DNA from: Azolla caroliniana
Lineage: Eukaryota; Plantae; Polypodiophyta
Assembly: GCA_043228905.1 (NCBI GenBank)
Contig: JBHGNT010000003.1
Coordinates: 25,296,001 to 25,360,000 of the forward strand
DNA length: 64,000 nt
Direction: 5' to 3'
Shown piece by piece: positions 37,960-52,208 of the stretch. The translations under genes were made by a program, and so were the position numbers. Position 1 is the stretch's first letter; every line of letters begins with the position of its first letter. The notes beneath the pieces were generated by a model, which saw only the letters and a program-made list of their open reading frames with translations, searched no databases and was not told the origin of the DNA.

Positions 37960-38526
37960 TGTCACTACGTGCAGATCGTGAGGCAGGACCACCGGGGTTC
38001 TGGACCGGAAGGATTCGAAGTTTGCACTAGTTTTAGCGAGAAAGTATTTAAGATAGATTGAAAGAGAGAGAGATTGAGATAAGATAGAACGTTGTTGAGC
38101 ACAGTCTTATTGTCACAAAATGTGAATATCAAGGTTTGAACTTGTGACCTTCAAACAATGGTCTTACACTTTAACCATTGCACCAACTCATTTAAATTAA
38201 CAAGTATATTTTCATATTATTATTATTCAAGAACTATAGAGCACTAGAACACATTATATGACCGCCAAATGGCATGCACCCTGTACGCCAAGTGGCGCAC
38301 AACATGTATGCCAAATGGCAATCATGCACGTTCTGATGTACAGTATATAAGTCGAAGATCTGCTTAGTGTTGAACCATTCCGGTTCAACACCAGTCTTTA
38401 GCAACCTTGTAATCTCGGTTTCCAGTAATAGAAATTCTTGTATTTTTGTCTTGTAAACATCTTTTCATTTGTTATTATCTTCTTTTCTTCCAAATCGACC
38501 TTGTCTTCGAAGCTTGGGTCGCGACA
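37960..38526. mobile_element. Element E: solo-LTR-like insert replacing part of A gag-pol
   Basis: TGTCAC...GCGACA termini; AT-rich 567 bp between A RT and A gag; flanks do not form a TSD. Confidence 0.6.
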
Positions 38527-38946
38527 CCTATCTAACGCCGAGAGACGGGCAAACCGTCTCTTGAACTCCTGGAGGAGCGCCGACGCGTTCCTCCCTTTCC
38601 CGGGGGTCTCAACCCATTCCATGAAGTCCCGCTTCGACAGCCAAAGCAAGTCATCGAACCCGTAGTTCTCAAGGAGCCGCCCTTCGAACTTCTCCCAGGT
38701 CTGGCTACCTGCCTGCACTTCGAGCACTTTTGCATGGATGCCCAGTGTCACCTCCTGAGGGAATCCGGTCAGCCGCCTATCCTTCAGGATGTTCCTCATT
38801 ATCATCTCAGCCTGATAGGTCTCTAGGTAACTTGTAGCGTTCTTCCCTTCGAATCGGCCTATAATGTCGACAATCGACTCAATGGCCCTGTTGAGGGCAC
38901 CTGTACCCTCGTGAGCGTTCACTAGCCGGTCAACGGCCACCGCCAT
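38527..38946 (-). pseudogene. Element A gag N-terminus
   Basis: ORF starts just after the PBS (..IGRFEGKNATSYLETY..); truncated by element E. Confidence 0.75.
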
Positions 38947-38995
38947 GGCTTCGGCGAGTTCGGACCCTCTAATCTTCTAACTCCTCTACCTCCTT

Positions 38996-39015
38996 GATTC
39001 ACGTCGGGTTCACCA
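38996..39015 (-). promoter_or_regulatory. Element A PBS complementary to tRNA-Trp
   Basis: + strand GATTCACGTCGGGTTCACCA equals the plant cytosolic tRNA-Trp 3' end as recalled; 4 nt from the LTR. Confidence 0.85.
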
Positions 39016-39019
39016 AAGA

Positions 39020-39774
39020 TGTCGTGTTGTTACGCGTGCCCGTAGGAAACTAAGGCGGGACCGCGGGGGCCTGAACCGAGGAGTGCGCGAAAGTAGAGAA
39101 GGACGAGAACGGAAGCGATGGATCGGCAAGTACTAGTTGTCAGCAAGCACCAGGTCAGACGAGAACACAACTACGCATGAGTTAGACAGAGAAACGCGCC
39201 CGATCGGTTATAGAGACAACAACAGATTAGAGAATGTCACAATAAAACAAGGAGACCACTTCCCAAGAGGAATCGATTACGACTAACAAGTGATTACAAC
39301 CTTTCTAATATTACAACCAGCACGCCGGTGACCAACCAAACAACGCAGGCACACACACACACACACAACCGAGTTACGCAGTGGAGCCTCTACCAGAAGC
39401 ACCTGGGCTTTCCTCGCGAGCAGAGGCAACCGACCAAAATCCTGCAGAGATCATATAGAAACTGTGCTCGGTCCCCAGTTTGACAACACCTCCCCCTTTC
39501 TCCCAAAACGCGATACTTGCTAGTCTTTCCCTTGCGCCTCTTATAGGCCGATGAGGGAGGACTGTCGCATCTCCCGTCACATCATCCTTATTCTTTGTCC
39601 CTTCGGGTAGAGATATGCTTCGATTTCCAATATATGTTCTATCTAATCTATTTACATCGCGTTGACCTATTCTTAGCTATGTACAAGTTAGTTTAATTCC
39701 GTGTGCCTATGTGTACGCGCCGGTTCATGCGCTTTGATCCCTGATTCCCTTTATGGCCAGTTTTCTTCATAACA
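39020..39774 (-). repeat. Element A 5' LTR
   Basis: Matches 14147-14996. Confidence 0.9.
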
Positions 39775-42118
39775 ACGATAAAAAGAGAGAGTTAGAGAGA
39801 GACTTATATCTTTAGTTTCCTAAATCATAAGTCAACGTAGTATATCTATTAAGATCTACATCCATCATGTGGTATGATTTTTGCTTTTATATGATATGAG
39901 TTTTTTGTAAACTTCCATCATGCAATTCATGCATTCCTCTCCTAAACATAAACATGATAGTGCATACAATTTAGTTGATGATGTAAATTAGGTAAAGGAA
40001 AGTTTAATGATATGGGAATATTGGATATTTAGTTTATTAAGGGAATGGTTGTGTTGGAGCAATGTGCCTAGAGTTCATTAATCATCTTAGGGTTACACAT
40101 CAAGGTCTACATATATTTGACATTGAGCACATATTATGTGAATTTTCTTATTGGTTAACTATATAAGGGCTTCGTTGAGCACAAGCTTTCCTTGAGAGTT
40201 AATCATAAAAAACGGACGAAGCTTACATGTCTAATCTTTCTTCTTTTTGTCTGAAATTTTAGGATTCTTTCTAAATATCAAACGAGACAAATCTTACTAG
40301 GTTTGTCCATTTTTATAAAGGTCTAACATGTTGCAAATTGCAATACGTGTCTTTTTAGCACATTGTTCTAGGCTATTTAGGCTGTAAGGGAGTTAGGCCA
40401 CCTTAATTTGGCAATACTTCCATTTTGTTGATTATAAACGCTCCTATTTTATCATTTTATACTCAAGTTATTAAAACTAACAACATGAATATATTTATTT
40501 TTTTAGATTTTATTGCTAAGCATAAAAATGTTGCTTCAAACTACCCTCAAACAATCACAGCACCCTAGAAAAAATGCCAATGGTTTCAAATTGACAGGAA
40601 GATATATTACGAATCACAAAGTTTAACTTTCTACTTGCTCATTAGTCTTTTTCATGATGTTTATAACATAACAAATATTTTGAATGAAAGAGTTACAATA
40701 GACACATGCAAAAACCAGCAAGAATTTGAGAATTTTCGTTACTAGCAATTGTACCTAGTAAGCCATGGTGCAAAACAACGGTTGAAAGTAGAATATCAAT
40801 TGTAACTTCATCAGAGGTAGAGGTGATTAGTGTAAAGTATTAATTATCAGTTTATCCGAGACACCCAATGGAGTAAGAGTGTTTGATTTCTTAGTTACAA
40901 AGGAACTTGGGAATCTATCTACCACATTTTTTTAGAATAACGAGGCACATTTACACTTTCAAATTCAAGTGGCTACATCAAGGGATGCACATCATGGATA
41001 TGCTATAAGCCATCACCAATCCTAATTATGGTGATGATGTGTATAGTCATCACTTGGTGACCACAACTATAGTTGACAATGGATTGCTTCCTTTCATGAA
41101 ACTATAAAATGGCATGATACTTGCTTGCATACCCAACACGTGTCTTATTGATCGTATTTCCCACAGTCCATTGAAATGAACTCGCACTACTAGTTATAAA
41201 AGCAACGTTGATGTTACATTAAAAGTGGCAACCAAACAAGACCAAGGATTTCATGTGTTTGCTTACTCAACGCTCACTTGATGAAATAGTTAGGAGCTTA
41301 CTTCTCATTGATATTAACAAACCTTCACTTAAATATTACAAATTGGTATATTTGGAAGGTTGTGTGTTTGAAGATATTTCAAGTGTGAGAGAACAAGTTG
41401 CTCAAACAATTACCAAGTTTTAGATAGAGATTGTGCATATTCTAAGAGGTTATTTGGATAACATAAAAGGCGACACTCAATGGGCAGAATTACAACATTT
41501 GAAGTTTCATGCCGTATGGAAAAAATGTATATTTTATTGAAAATTCGTTGATTAGGTGGAGTGGTTATACTCTACATTGAAATATTTATTTAAGCTTATA
41601 GCTAGAAGTTAACATTAGTTAAAAAAATCAAGGGTAATTACCTCCATGTAAGTAATATCTTGTGCAACCTCGTGGTGTTTCTTAATACTAATGTAGTTTT
41701 TTTCAAAATATTCACTTAATATTTATTTAACATATCGACAATGAAATTTAGTCATATAACAAGAAATATCTTAATATTTATTGCTCCGTAAGCTACGGTA
41801 GCAAGTTTACAAACCATGGGAATGTTAAAAGAAAGATAGTATAAGGGTTCTTGTGTACCCAACGAAGCGATTGACAACGAGGATGATGGCATATCCTAAT
41901 GGAGATGAGATTTCAAAAAACAAAACAATTGAATGTATGCCAATGACTATTTGGAGATGAAAATGGTTGAAGCAAGCCATATCAAAGATGATTGGGAGCT
42001 TTTGCATGAAAACAAGTATTATAGATGCACACAAAAGTCTTAACTAGGTGGTGAAGACCTAGTCACAAATAATCTCAATTAATGAGTTTGAAAGTCTTGG
42101 CAATTCAAAATATTTGAA

Positions 42119-42548
42119 TGAGAGACAAATCATGACAAGACTGCGAAACTTTGAAGTCAAGAAGCAGCACCATGAACATATAGGATATCATACCCAAAAA
42201 CAAGTTATCACACATGTGGAAACCATCACAATTAAAATGATGATATGCAACACCAAAGGATATATCGTAACACATTTGAGAAACGATATCGTGTGCCAAG
42301 GGACCAATAATCTCGATTGATGTGATCCAAAATATTGGCAATTAAAATTGTTGAAAGAGAGGCAAATCATGACATGATTACCAAAGTTGAATTTAGGAAG
42401 CTGCATCATCAACATTAGGATATTGTATCAAAAAACAAACCATCACGCATATGAATAACATCATAGTTTGAATGACGATATGCAACACCAAATGATATGC
42501 CATAACACGATTGAGAAACAACATAATGTGCCACATGGACCAATGGTA
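42119..42548. repeat. Old degenerate direct duplication, ~237-bp period
   Basis: gagag(a/g)caaatcatgaca...atatgcaacaccaaa...gtgcca..ggaccaat occurs twice. Confidence 0.7.
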
Positions 42549-44320
42549 ATTTTTGTCTAGATTGCATCCCTATGGGTGCTATCATGAGGGATCTTAAACC
42601 ATGAAGTGGCAAGAATATATAGTTAATCTAGGCAAAGAATAGCAACAAACTATCGATCAAACATTAAGTCCTCTATATTAGGTTCCAAATAATATACATA
42701 AGTAAGAGCATCTAAATTCGTTGCAATGAGCAAGGTTGATTTTTTTATTATGAAATCTAAACAAGATAATGCATGTATGCCATTGTGCCCGACAACAATT
42801 GAGAATTATCAACTTAAAATGCTCTAGATTTTGATGACCAATGTACACAGTCTCTTTATGAGGAGCGCCTTCAAGAATTATTGCCATAAAACGATCACTA
42901 AAAGTTCATTGTTATGAATATGGTAGGTAGTTCACCAAAAAGACTATTGAACATTCACAAACAATATTCGATTGAGTGTACCTTGTAAAAATCCCCCATT
43001 ATAAAAATATATTGTTGAGGAACGGAGGCATCATCATCAAGCACACAAGAGCTCAAGGGATTTGGAGGGTATGCTTTGAAATATCGCATTGTGATTTAGC
43101 TTCAGTTGTCCACTTAAAAGGAACTTCCTTTACGGCAATACACGTAAGAAACAACAATCCTTGATGAAGCAACGACAAACACTTGCAAGCTCCAACTTTT
43201 TTGTAAATTGTTATCTAAGGAGAGTGTTTTCAAATGATAAAGTGGCTAAACCTCCTCCACATCCAAGAAGACACCTCAATAGTTTATATGATAGCTGCAA
43301 AACTCAAAATTTTACTTTATGAATTAACACCTTTACAACTTCGCATAAAGTTCACATCCTCACAACTTTTGTAGAACCTTTCAAATATATTGCTTATGCT
43401 ATTTTGGAGTCTTTTTTACGCAAAGACTTGCAATTGTTATGCATCATGAATGTGTAATATCCCCAACAACAGCTCCAGGTTTTATGACAATGGAATCCGT
43501 GTCTTTAGTATTGGTACAAAACTAGGTGTTGCTCCTACAAGAAGGAAACCAACTAAATTAGCACAATTATGATCTGTTGGATATCTATGATAGTGAAGCA
43601 AGATAATGAACCATTTTTTATTTAAGAACTTGAGGAGTCTATATCAAAGTGCGATCAAATTCCTCAAGAAAATCAATATTCAATTGCAATGATACCACTT
43701 TGAAGCTAGATGTAAATGCATGAAATGACTCTCTCATGCATTGGACTCGACTACAAAAAACTTTGCATATTTTTGGATGTGAGGTGGGCACAAGCAAACA
43801 TGGGGGAGATTGGATGAATGAACAAGCAAGTGAGATAATGTGAGAGGGCGAGTTATTGTTTTCACGAGTCTTCTTTATGAATTACAGGGGTTTCCACGAA
43901 CCTCTTCGGACTGATGTTCCGCTCGTTTCCATGGGACGATTCTCCATTCCCTTCATAGTTGGGTTGATGTTTCTCGAGTCAAGATAAGAGGGTTGATGGT
44001 GGTGTGTGTTTTCACGTTTCTACAAAGTCCTCTATAGGTCCAAATTTTTTAACCGTCTTCTATAGGACAATGTTCACATATTCCATGAACCCTATCTTCA
44101 GGTGCCCTCTCAATGAATGAAATATTTAATTTGGGACTTGGGGCAACATATGTGAGATCTAAAAGGGCATGGGCCGGAGATTAAAGGAAAAGTGAGGGGC
44201 ATTATTCCTGAGATTTACATAAACACTGTGCTTCTTCCTCAGAAGAGTTCAAAATGTGGAGCCGAATATGTACATATGTATACATATGTACTGACTGATA
44301 CGACTCATCTGTCTGGAGCT

Positions 44321-47300
44321 ATGGCGTCTTCTTCTGTGGAGCAGTCCCCCGTGCCGTCTTCCGCTTCTCCGCCCTCGCCCCCGCCCCCTCAGCACCAGCA
44401 ACTGCACAGAAAGCCTTCAGCTATCTTCGAGAATCTTCACACTCGGGAGTATGTCGGCCACAAGAAGAAGGTAAGAACTGCAGTATCCTCGGCTCATCCC
44501 ATCCCATCCCTTTCTCCCTCTACTTAATTTCTTCGATTGAAGTATTCCTAGCCAGCTTCTTTATTGCTTTCCTTCTCTGCCAAATTTCCTATCCAAGTTC
44601 TATATTCTCGTCTCTTTTCTTTGATTCATATTTTTGGCCTTTGCTTCATTGAGTTGGTTCTTCCGTTGCACTTGATTTATTCTAAAAGAAGAAGTTAATG
44701 ACGAAGTATCCATGAGTTTTTGCTGTGTGTGCAAAATTTTCTGGTTTGCAGTTTTACCATTCCTTTTCTTTGATTCATCTTTTTGTCTTTGCTTCATCAC
44801 TTGGTTTTTATATGTTTGCTTTCTCCTGAAAGAAGAAAGAATTTTGTAAGCTTCTTCGCATCTTTCTTTATTTTCTTCTTCAAAATTTCGGTCTTGTATT
44901 CATTCTGACCTGTTCTTTGATTTATCTTCTTTTCTTTGCTTCCTTGCATCGATTCTTTTCTTGTTTCGATGTCTTCTCAAAGTTTCTGTGTTTTTCTTCG
45001 TTTTTGCTTGATCACTTTGGTACTTTCTTTGAATACTGATTTGTTCTACAAATTTCTGTTCCCTATTTTGCTTCATCACTTTTGTTATTGGTTTGTTCGG
45101 ATTTTCTCAAAGTTTCTGTTTATTTTTTTGCGTCATCACTTTGATGGATGTCGTTTTGCTTTATCGCGTTGGTTCATTATTGGCCTAAAATTTTCTCAAA
45201 AAATCTGAAGTTTTCTTCATTGGTTTGTCAATTTTATGTTTGTTTTCTTCCCAAAGTTTCAGTTTCCCTGTATACTGTATATATATTTTGCTTCATCGTT
45301 TGGTACATCTTATATTGATTCATCATTTGTTTTTTCTATCTATTTGAATGCATATAACAGTTGTATATTTTTCTTCATCATGTGGTTCTTTTTATGACTA
45401 CTTTCTCAAAACTGTTGGGGCCTTCTTTTATTCTCTTCACTTTGACGACATTTTGTTTTAGTTCATCTGTGTCGGACCTCTCTCCTTGATTCTCCTCAAA
45501 GGTCCACTTTCTTTTGCTTCTTTTGCTTCATCTCTTTTAATTCTTTTCTTTGTTCTGATTTATCCTCAAAATATCTGTTTTTTGGCTTCATATATGAATG
45601 ATTTTTTGTGAGGTAGGTGCATTCCGTGGCTTGGAATTGTAATGGTAGGAAACTTGCTTCTGGATCTGTCGATCAATCAGCTCGCATTTGGCACATCGAA
45701 CCACACAGCCATGTAATGTAAACATCCTCTCAAACTTGTTTTGATCAAAATTATGTAGTTGTATGAATTTTAATCTCTAGATTGAGATTACTACAATTGT
45801 ACACTTTGAATTGTTTTGCAGTTGTTTCGATTACTTTTTACATAATCTTACTTTTGAAATTAGTGCTTGTCAAATTTACAGAAAACATGTGTTTATTCTT
45901 TTTTTTTTTTGCCTGCCTTAATTACTCGAATGGTACTCAGAGTTGTCTTGGTCGAAGTTTACATAAATAAAGAACATGGTATAAGGTCTTCAAAATTTTT
46001 TCGGTTTTTCCTGCTGCATTTTGAACCATGGTTTTCAGTTATTTCTGCTTTCATTTAGAACAATATTAAATTTTAGATTATTGCATGGAATTCATTTACC
46101 TCCGTTCTATATTTAGAATAGTGCTTGGAATTTATTGCAAACTTATTTCATAAGGTTTATAACAAAAACAAGTCTGCGCTGAGTTTTATATATGATGCAT
46201 CTGGTATTTCACAAATCTTTTTGTTGCATGCTAAATAATCTTAAGCTTTAGGTTACAATCATCCCAAATATAATTTAAACAATTGGAGTTGTGGCTAGTG
46301 GAGGAAGTGGATAGTGTTGAGACTGCATGCCATCTCTTTCTAGGGTTCGAGACATTTTCTTTTGACAATCAAGAAGCAACAAAGTGTCCCTCTGTCCACT
46401 CTAGAAGCAGAGTAGAATGTGGCAATCTATGCCAGATGTGAATTCATGAGAAACTAGAGTGTGGATTTAGGAGGAGATGATGCTGTTAGCATGTTGTGAT
46501 TGGAGTTGCTTTGTTATTGCAAAGAATCCCGTACTTCATGAGCAGACCAGCATTACCATTTTGTCCAAGAACTCATCAAGGAAGAAGGTGAAAGTCGCAG
46601 TATTATCGATTGCCTGACAATGCTGCAGATCTCTTTATGAAGGGCCTTGGACCTAAGTGGATAAAGAAGCTACTGCAGAGCATCGAGGTTGAGATTAGCA
46701 GCAACAAATGATGTGGAATCTGATAACTGAATAATGCAGGAGTTTGTGAAACGAGAAGATGAAATAGGGGCCGAGGAGACTGGTGAAGCAGATGATGTGG
46801 ATAAAGTGCATGTTTGTAGAGACTGGAAGATAATTGAATACATGTTGCCATACTGGATGATTTGTAGACCACCTCTTTGTCCTCAATAGCATGTTTTAAA
46901 GTTTTTAAGAGAACCATTGTAAGAGAACTATAGATAAACCATTGTAAGAGAAAAAATGCATCACTGAAAACAACAAGAGTGAACAAACACAAAATTTTAA
47001 AGAGTGCTGTTTATAAATCGGCATTGTTACATTTCAAGCAGCCTTCTTTTTATTAAGAAAATAGCTGAAATTTACTCTTGAGGATGATGTCTCGCTACGC
47101 TTTCATGACAAAAATACTAAATTCTGCAAAATTTCATATATGGCCCGAGCAGCGTGGGAGAGGGGGATAAGTCTTGTGATGGGTGTGGAAAACAACTGCA
47201 AATCAGTAAAAGAATAGCTGGCTGTGTGCTTCCCCGAATGGGGACAGTTAGATGAATGTAGACCCCACCTAACTCTCTGGTCAGCTGACTGGAGATTTCC

Positions 47301-50300
47301 TGTACATCTTGCTTGAAAGAGGAGAAATTCTATGGTGAACACAAATGATTAATCCCGGAGAATGTCTTATGATCCATGTCAGCCTAATTATTCAATGACA
47401 AACTACATTATGCTCACATCGGTTATTGAAAGTGGTGTTAGAATATTGAGAATCAACAGAAGCTGTGATTCTTCATAACATACTCCACAGCAGCACCTCA
47501 GGTTGTACAGAAATAGTTGTAATTGAGGAACCAAAGTTTTCGGTTGGACACGTTTGAAGATCTCCACGACATTGTTCCTGGATGAACAATACAAAGCTTT
47601 GGATCTCTGGCATGACGTTCCCCATGAATATAATGGTCTTGCAGCAATGTTGTTTGGTGTGGGCATGGAAGATAGTGTGCGGATGTAATCTTGGGTTTTA
47701 CATTGAAGAAGAGCAAACAATTGACCAAGAAAAATGAAAATATGCAAGGAGTGAACGTACCCAATTGATTCAAGCAGGACAAGCAGCTGGATTTTTGATG
47801 GGGTAATGTCACTGTGAAACTTTAAAGTCCTGAAAGGGGCCTGGAGTCCAAAGTGAAATGACAAAGGGAACTCCTATTCCATATATATCAAGCTGAATGC
47901 ATATTTGATATAATTTATATAAAGCTTTAAAACTTCACATCATTCATCACTGATGACTTGCAATCTAACAATCAACAAACAGGAAATCAGAAAAACTTGA
48001 AATCTCAGAAAAGAACAGCAAAAAAAGAAAACCATAGCTTACCTTGTTAATCTGGTGTTAAATGTATGCTGTGGGGAATAATGTGAAAAGAATCAAGTGC
48101 CATTATGCTCTAGCTAGTCCACATTCACAGGATCCAGATTCTGTCAAAGGGTGAGCACGAATCTTTCAGTGAGGGAAAAACTGTGTCAGATCTGTTTCAG
48201 AAGGGTGTTTCACATGCCTCTGAATCGGAACTTAAGCTCCATATTATGGTACTGGAACTTATGCGGAAGACAACACCCATAGTTGATCAATGCGTGAGGC
48301 TTTCTGGCTCAATCAGAATTTGTGCCATCCATACAGTGTGCATGTTGTGATAAGCCAAACTAGGGGTGTACCACAAGGCACAGGATTTGCTGCATGGAAG
48401 GGAGTTCATGAGGCTCTTTCTTTGAGCTCGATACAACTATTGGAATGCCCTATTTTCAGTTTGTGCATCTGCTTATCTCTTGAGTTTTTTAGCTAATTAT
48501 TTTGATTACCAAGGCAGACATGTTAATATGGGAATGCAATATCTATCTTATGTTTACACATGCTGATAAAACTGAGTCATGAATTGGACATGCAATGGTT
48601 CACAGGTTTGAACTTTTTAAATTATCCTTTTTGAATGTTTTTTATTTTATGAAAGCTCCTGAGCTTCATTAAATAATGATTTAAAATTCGACTCTGTTAT
48701 TAACTATAGAATGCATAATTGATTGTTTATACTCATAACTAGGTGCCTCAATTTATACTGGTCCATTTTGACTTTTGCTAGGTGCTTACGGATCTGTTGA
48801 CATTCATGATAATAATTTGCAATAGATAATGCTAGATATAGACACATTAATGTATAATGCAACACTTCAAGTTTTGAAGAAGTTTTTATGGGTTAGTTTC
48901 TCCTGTTTCCAGAAATGTTTGCTTATTTCATCATTGTGTATCTATTCAGAATAAAGTGAAGGAAATGGAATTGAAGGGGCACGCAGATAGCGTTGACCAA
49001 CTATGCTGGGATCCAAAGCATGCTGATTTACTTGCAACTGCATCAGGAGATAAAACCGTTAGACTTTGGGATGCTCGCTGTGAGTGTAGAAAATATTTTT
49101 GCATTTTGGTATACATATTATTTTGTTTTGTAAACTATCAGATAAATGGATATGTTATTTGTCTTCGTGAAGATTTCTCATTCCCTCGTCATATTCCAAA
49201 GATTCAAATTGTAGATGATTGATTTTGCATTATGATAACATTAAAATTGCCGTTAAATTGAAATCCAGAGGTTAGGAATTTTATGATTGTTTAAAAAATT
49301 ATTTTGATCTGGTGATGTATGAACCTCACATGCAAACAAGCTTAAAATTCAACCACTCTTCCCTTTCTGTCCTCTCTTTGATATTTCTTTCCCAAATTTG
49401 TATAACATAGCCTGAGTAAAAGGGTCTTTATGATGATCTCAAGCCTCTTTAGATTGACCAACCATGTAATTATGATCTATCTTAATTATAACTGATTTGC
49501 ATCATTAATATGTTTGGGCTCTAACAAGTGCTTTTCTATAAAATGTAACTTAAAACATTGTAAAAAGTGGTTTTAAACCAGCAATCCTGAAGCATGATTG
49601 CAGCTGGCAAATGTTCTCAGCATGTTGAGCTAAGTGGTGAAAACATCAACATAACTTTCAAACCAGATGGCACACATATTGCAGTTGGAAATAGAGTGAG
49701 TATTATTTGTCTTCCTAAAATTCATTATTTTTTGTGGACCCAAAATTCATTATTTTTTTCCTTAATTAGGATGACGAACTTACAATAATTGATGTTCGGA
49801 AATTCAAGGCAATTAACAAGCGGAAGTTTCTATATGAGGTAATATAAGATTTACCTTTTGTAGTGCAAAATAATGTTGGATGTAAAATGTATGCTATGTA
49901 ATTCAGTACAGATGATTTGTTGTTTGATAAAATCATATTAGTGTTTGTGAGGGCTTGATAATACAGTTCTAGAGTAGTATTGAATATAATATGTCCAGTG
50001 ATATGGTTATATAATACCGTGATATGGTTATATAATAATAGATAAATATAATTCCACGACGTGACCTATTCATATATAGAGGTCACTGCTTTATTTGATG
50101 AAGTCTTTTATTTGAATGGGAATCAGGGCGACCATCCAAATTGGAGTTGGTTAAATAGCATCTTAATATTGCAGACATTTGTTTTTTTCAGCTAGAAAGT
50201 ATTTAGATTTAGAATGTATAGGTGATATTTGTGATCTGGATATTTCATGGCTTTGATCAAGATGATCTCTTATGAGGATGCCTTTGTGTTTCAACATTGA

Positions 50301-52208
50301 GATGAGATAGATTGGCATTCATCACAGGCAAGTATGTTAGAGGCTGGGAACTTCAGATGAAGCTAGTAGAGGCTCTTTTGACTTGGCTAATCTTTGGCGC
50401 AGTCAGCATGGCATGAATGTCACCTACTGGAATGTTTGTACTATAATGAGAAAATAGAACTCCTTGTGTGTTTTGGACACCATCACTGTTCCCCATAAAG
50501 TTATCTTCCATTCGTCAAATATATGGCAACAGAGGGTGATTGCCTGAGTGATAGTCAAGTAGCTTGTGGATGGTTTTGATCACATCCTATTTTTTATAAC
50601 TTCAGACGTTGAAAGTCGAATTCTACAATTAGAGTAAGCTAGAAAGAGGAAAGGTGTGACAATGGAAGCTTAGAAGAGGGAAGTACGGAAGGCTGAAGTC
50701 TACTTTTCTAAGGCAGTTGATTGGATTTTAAGTAAAGTAGCAATGGGTTTCTTTCTGTGGAGTGGTCATTGATAATCCATGATGGTGTATATCTGCATTT
50801 CAGGTTAATGAAATGGCGTGGAATACTACCGGAGAACTCTTTTTCCTCACAACTGGGAATGGTAGCTAGATTTCTTAGTGTGGAATAATAATGGCTGAGG
50901 TAATAATATTCTGTGATCTTAATCATGGATGTGTTTCGTGCACAGGTACAGTAGATGTCTTGTCTTATCCCTCTCTTTCGACACTGCAGAGTATTTATGC
51001 CCATACTGCTGGATGCTATTGTATTGCAATTGATCCAACAGGAAGGTAATGTTACACGAGTTTAAAAAAGAAAAAGAACAAGGAAAAAGGAAAGGAACCT
51101 AATGTTCTCATTCTGGGTACTTATCACTTTATTTCCTAATGTGTGAAGGTACTTTGCTGTGGGGAGTGCAGATGCACTTGTTAGTCTGTGGGAGCTTTCA
51201 GAAATGTTGTGTGTTCGTACATTTACAAAGCTCGAGTAAGATACCCCTAAAGTTTGTGCTATTCACCAGGATATCCAAAAATTTCAAAATTTAGGAGTAT
51301 TCTGAATATTTTAGCGCAGCTGGTAGTTTTACCCTAATGTAGCATTACCTTTTCACTTTGCAATTGGTTGAACAAGAGGAACATAAACAACCACTCTTGA
51401 GTTCTTTTCTTCAGGTGGCCAGTCAGAACAATCAGTTTCAATCATGATGGTAAATATATAGCTTCAGCAAGTGAGGACTTGTTTATCGATATAGTGAGTT
51501 TCATCACTGGTTTATTCTATAGATAATTTGTAATGAATAATGTTTCTCTATAATCCATGCCGAATTGCATATTTGTATCATTATTCACATTTGGTAAACT
51601 ATCAAAATGCCATTCAAGTTTGCCATAATTGCTGTAAGGGTATGAATTCAGGTTGTGATTAATGTAATTCCACACATTGTTCTTCTGATTAGATTATTTG
51701 CCGGATCGTAGACTCCCATTTTGATAATTGGCCCCATTCATCTGTATTATTTGGGTTAATGGTTCTCTATTGTTTCCCAGGCAGAGGTTGACAGTGGTAG
51801 ATCTATCTATCAAATTCCATGCCGAGCAGCCATGAATAGTGTTGAGTGGAATCCAAAGTACAACCTTTTAGCATTCGCTGGTGATGATAAAAATAAATAC
51901 TCTGTAGACGAAGGTGAATTTACTATTGTTACGGACCTCATGGATTCATTATTTTAGTCTTTAATTCTTGGGGAGTTTTTTTTCTTTATTTCCACCAAAA
52001 TTCCCCTCGGTCATTGAAAGAAGTTGGGCAATCTGGGAAAAACACTCAACTAAGGGTAAGGGGCATTTCAAAATAAAGAAAAAATCAGGGGTATCTGGGA
52101 ACACTTCCCTTAATTCTTTACTCAAATTCTTTTTAAATACATGTAGTAACGTTGTGTGTTTTATGGGATGCAGGTGTTTTTCGTGTCTTTGGGTTTGAGA
52201 CACCGTAA
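44321..52208 (+). CDS. TEX1: THO complex subunit 3 (THOC3/TEX1), WD40 protein, 11 exons
   Basis: Exons 44321-44470, 45617-45712, 48950-49079, 49604-49695, 49770-49838, 50804-50861, 50946-51045, 51149-51235, 51415-51493, 51781-51913, 52174-52208; all GT-AG; REYVGHKKKVHSVAWNC..GHADSVDQLCWDP..AHTAGCYCIAIDP..EWPVRTISF..GVFRVFGF. Confidence 0.95.

Larger units (their letters stand above)
14147..39774 (-). mobile_element. Element A: old Ty3/Gypsy LTR retrotransposon hosting the nest
   Basis: LTRs 14147-14996 and 39020-39774 (TG..CA, visibly diverged); 4-bp TSD ATGA/ACGA; PBS 38996-39015; PPT 14997-15008; degenerate gag (38527-38946), RT (37381-37959), RT/RH (27288-27923, now on +) and RH/INT (14989-16740). 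Confidence 0.9.

Noticed and set aside
39800-44110. Decayed transposase/MULE-like region upstream of TEX1
   Set aside because: Looks coding-derived, but no long ORF or diagnostic motif could be supported without a search
46280-48500. Nested gene or retroelement relic in TEX1 intron 2
   Set aside because: Short ORFs without recognisable domains; probably an old TE relic but unsupported
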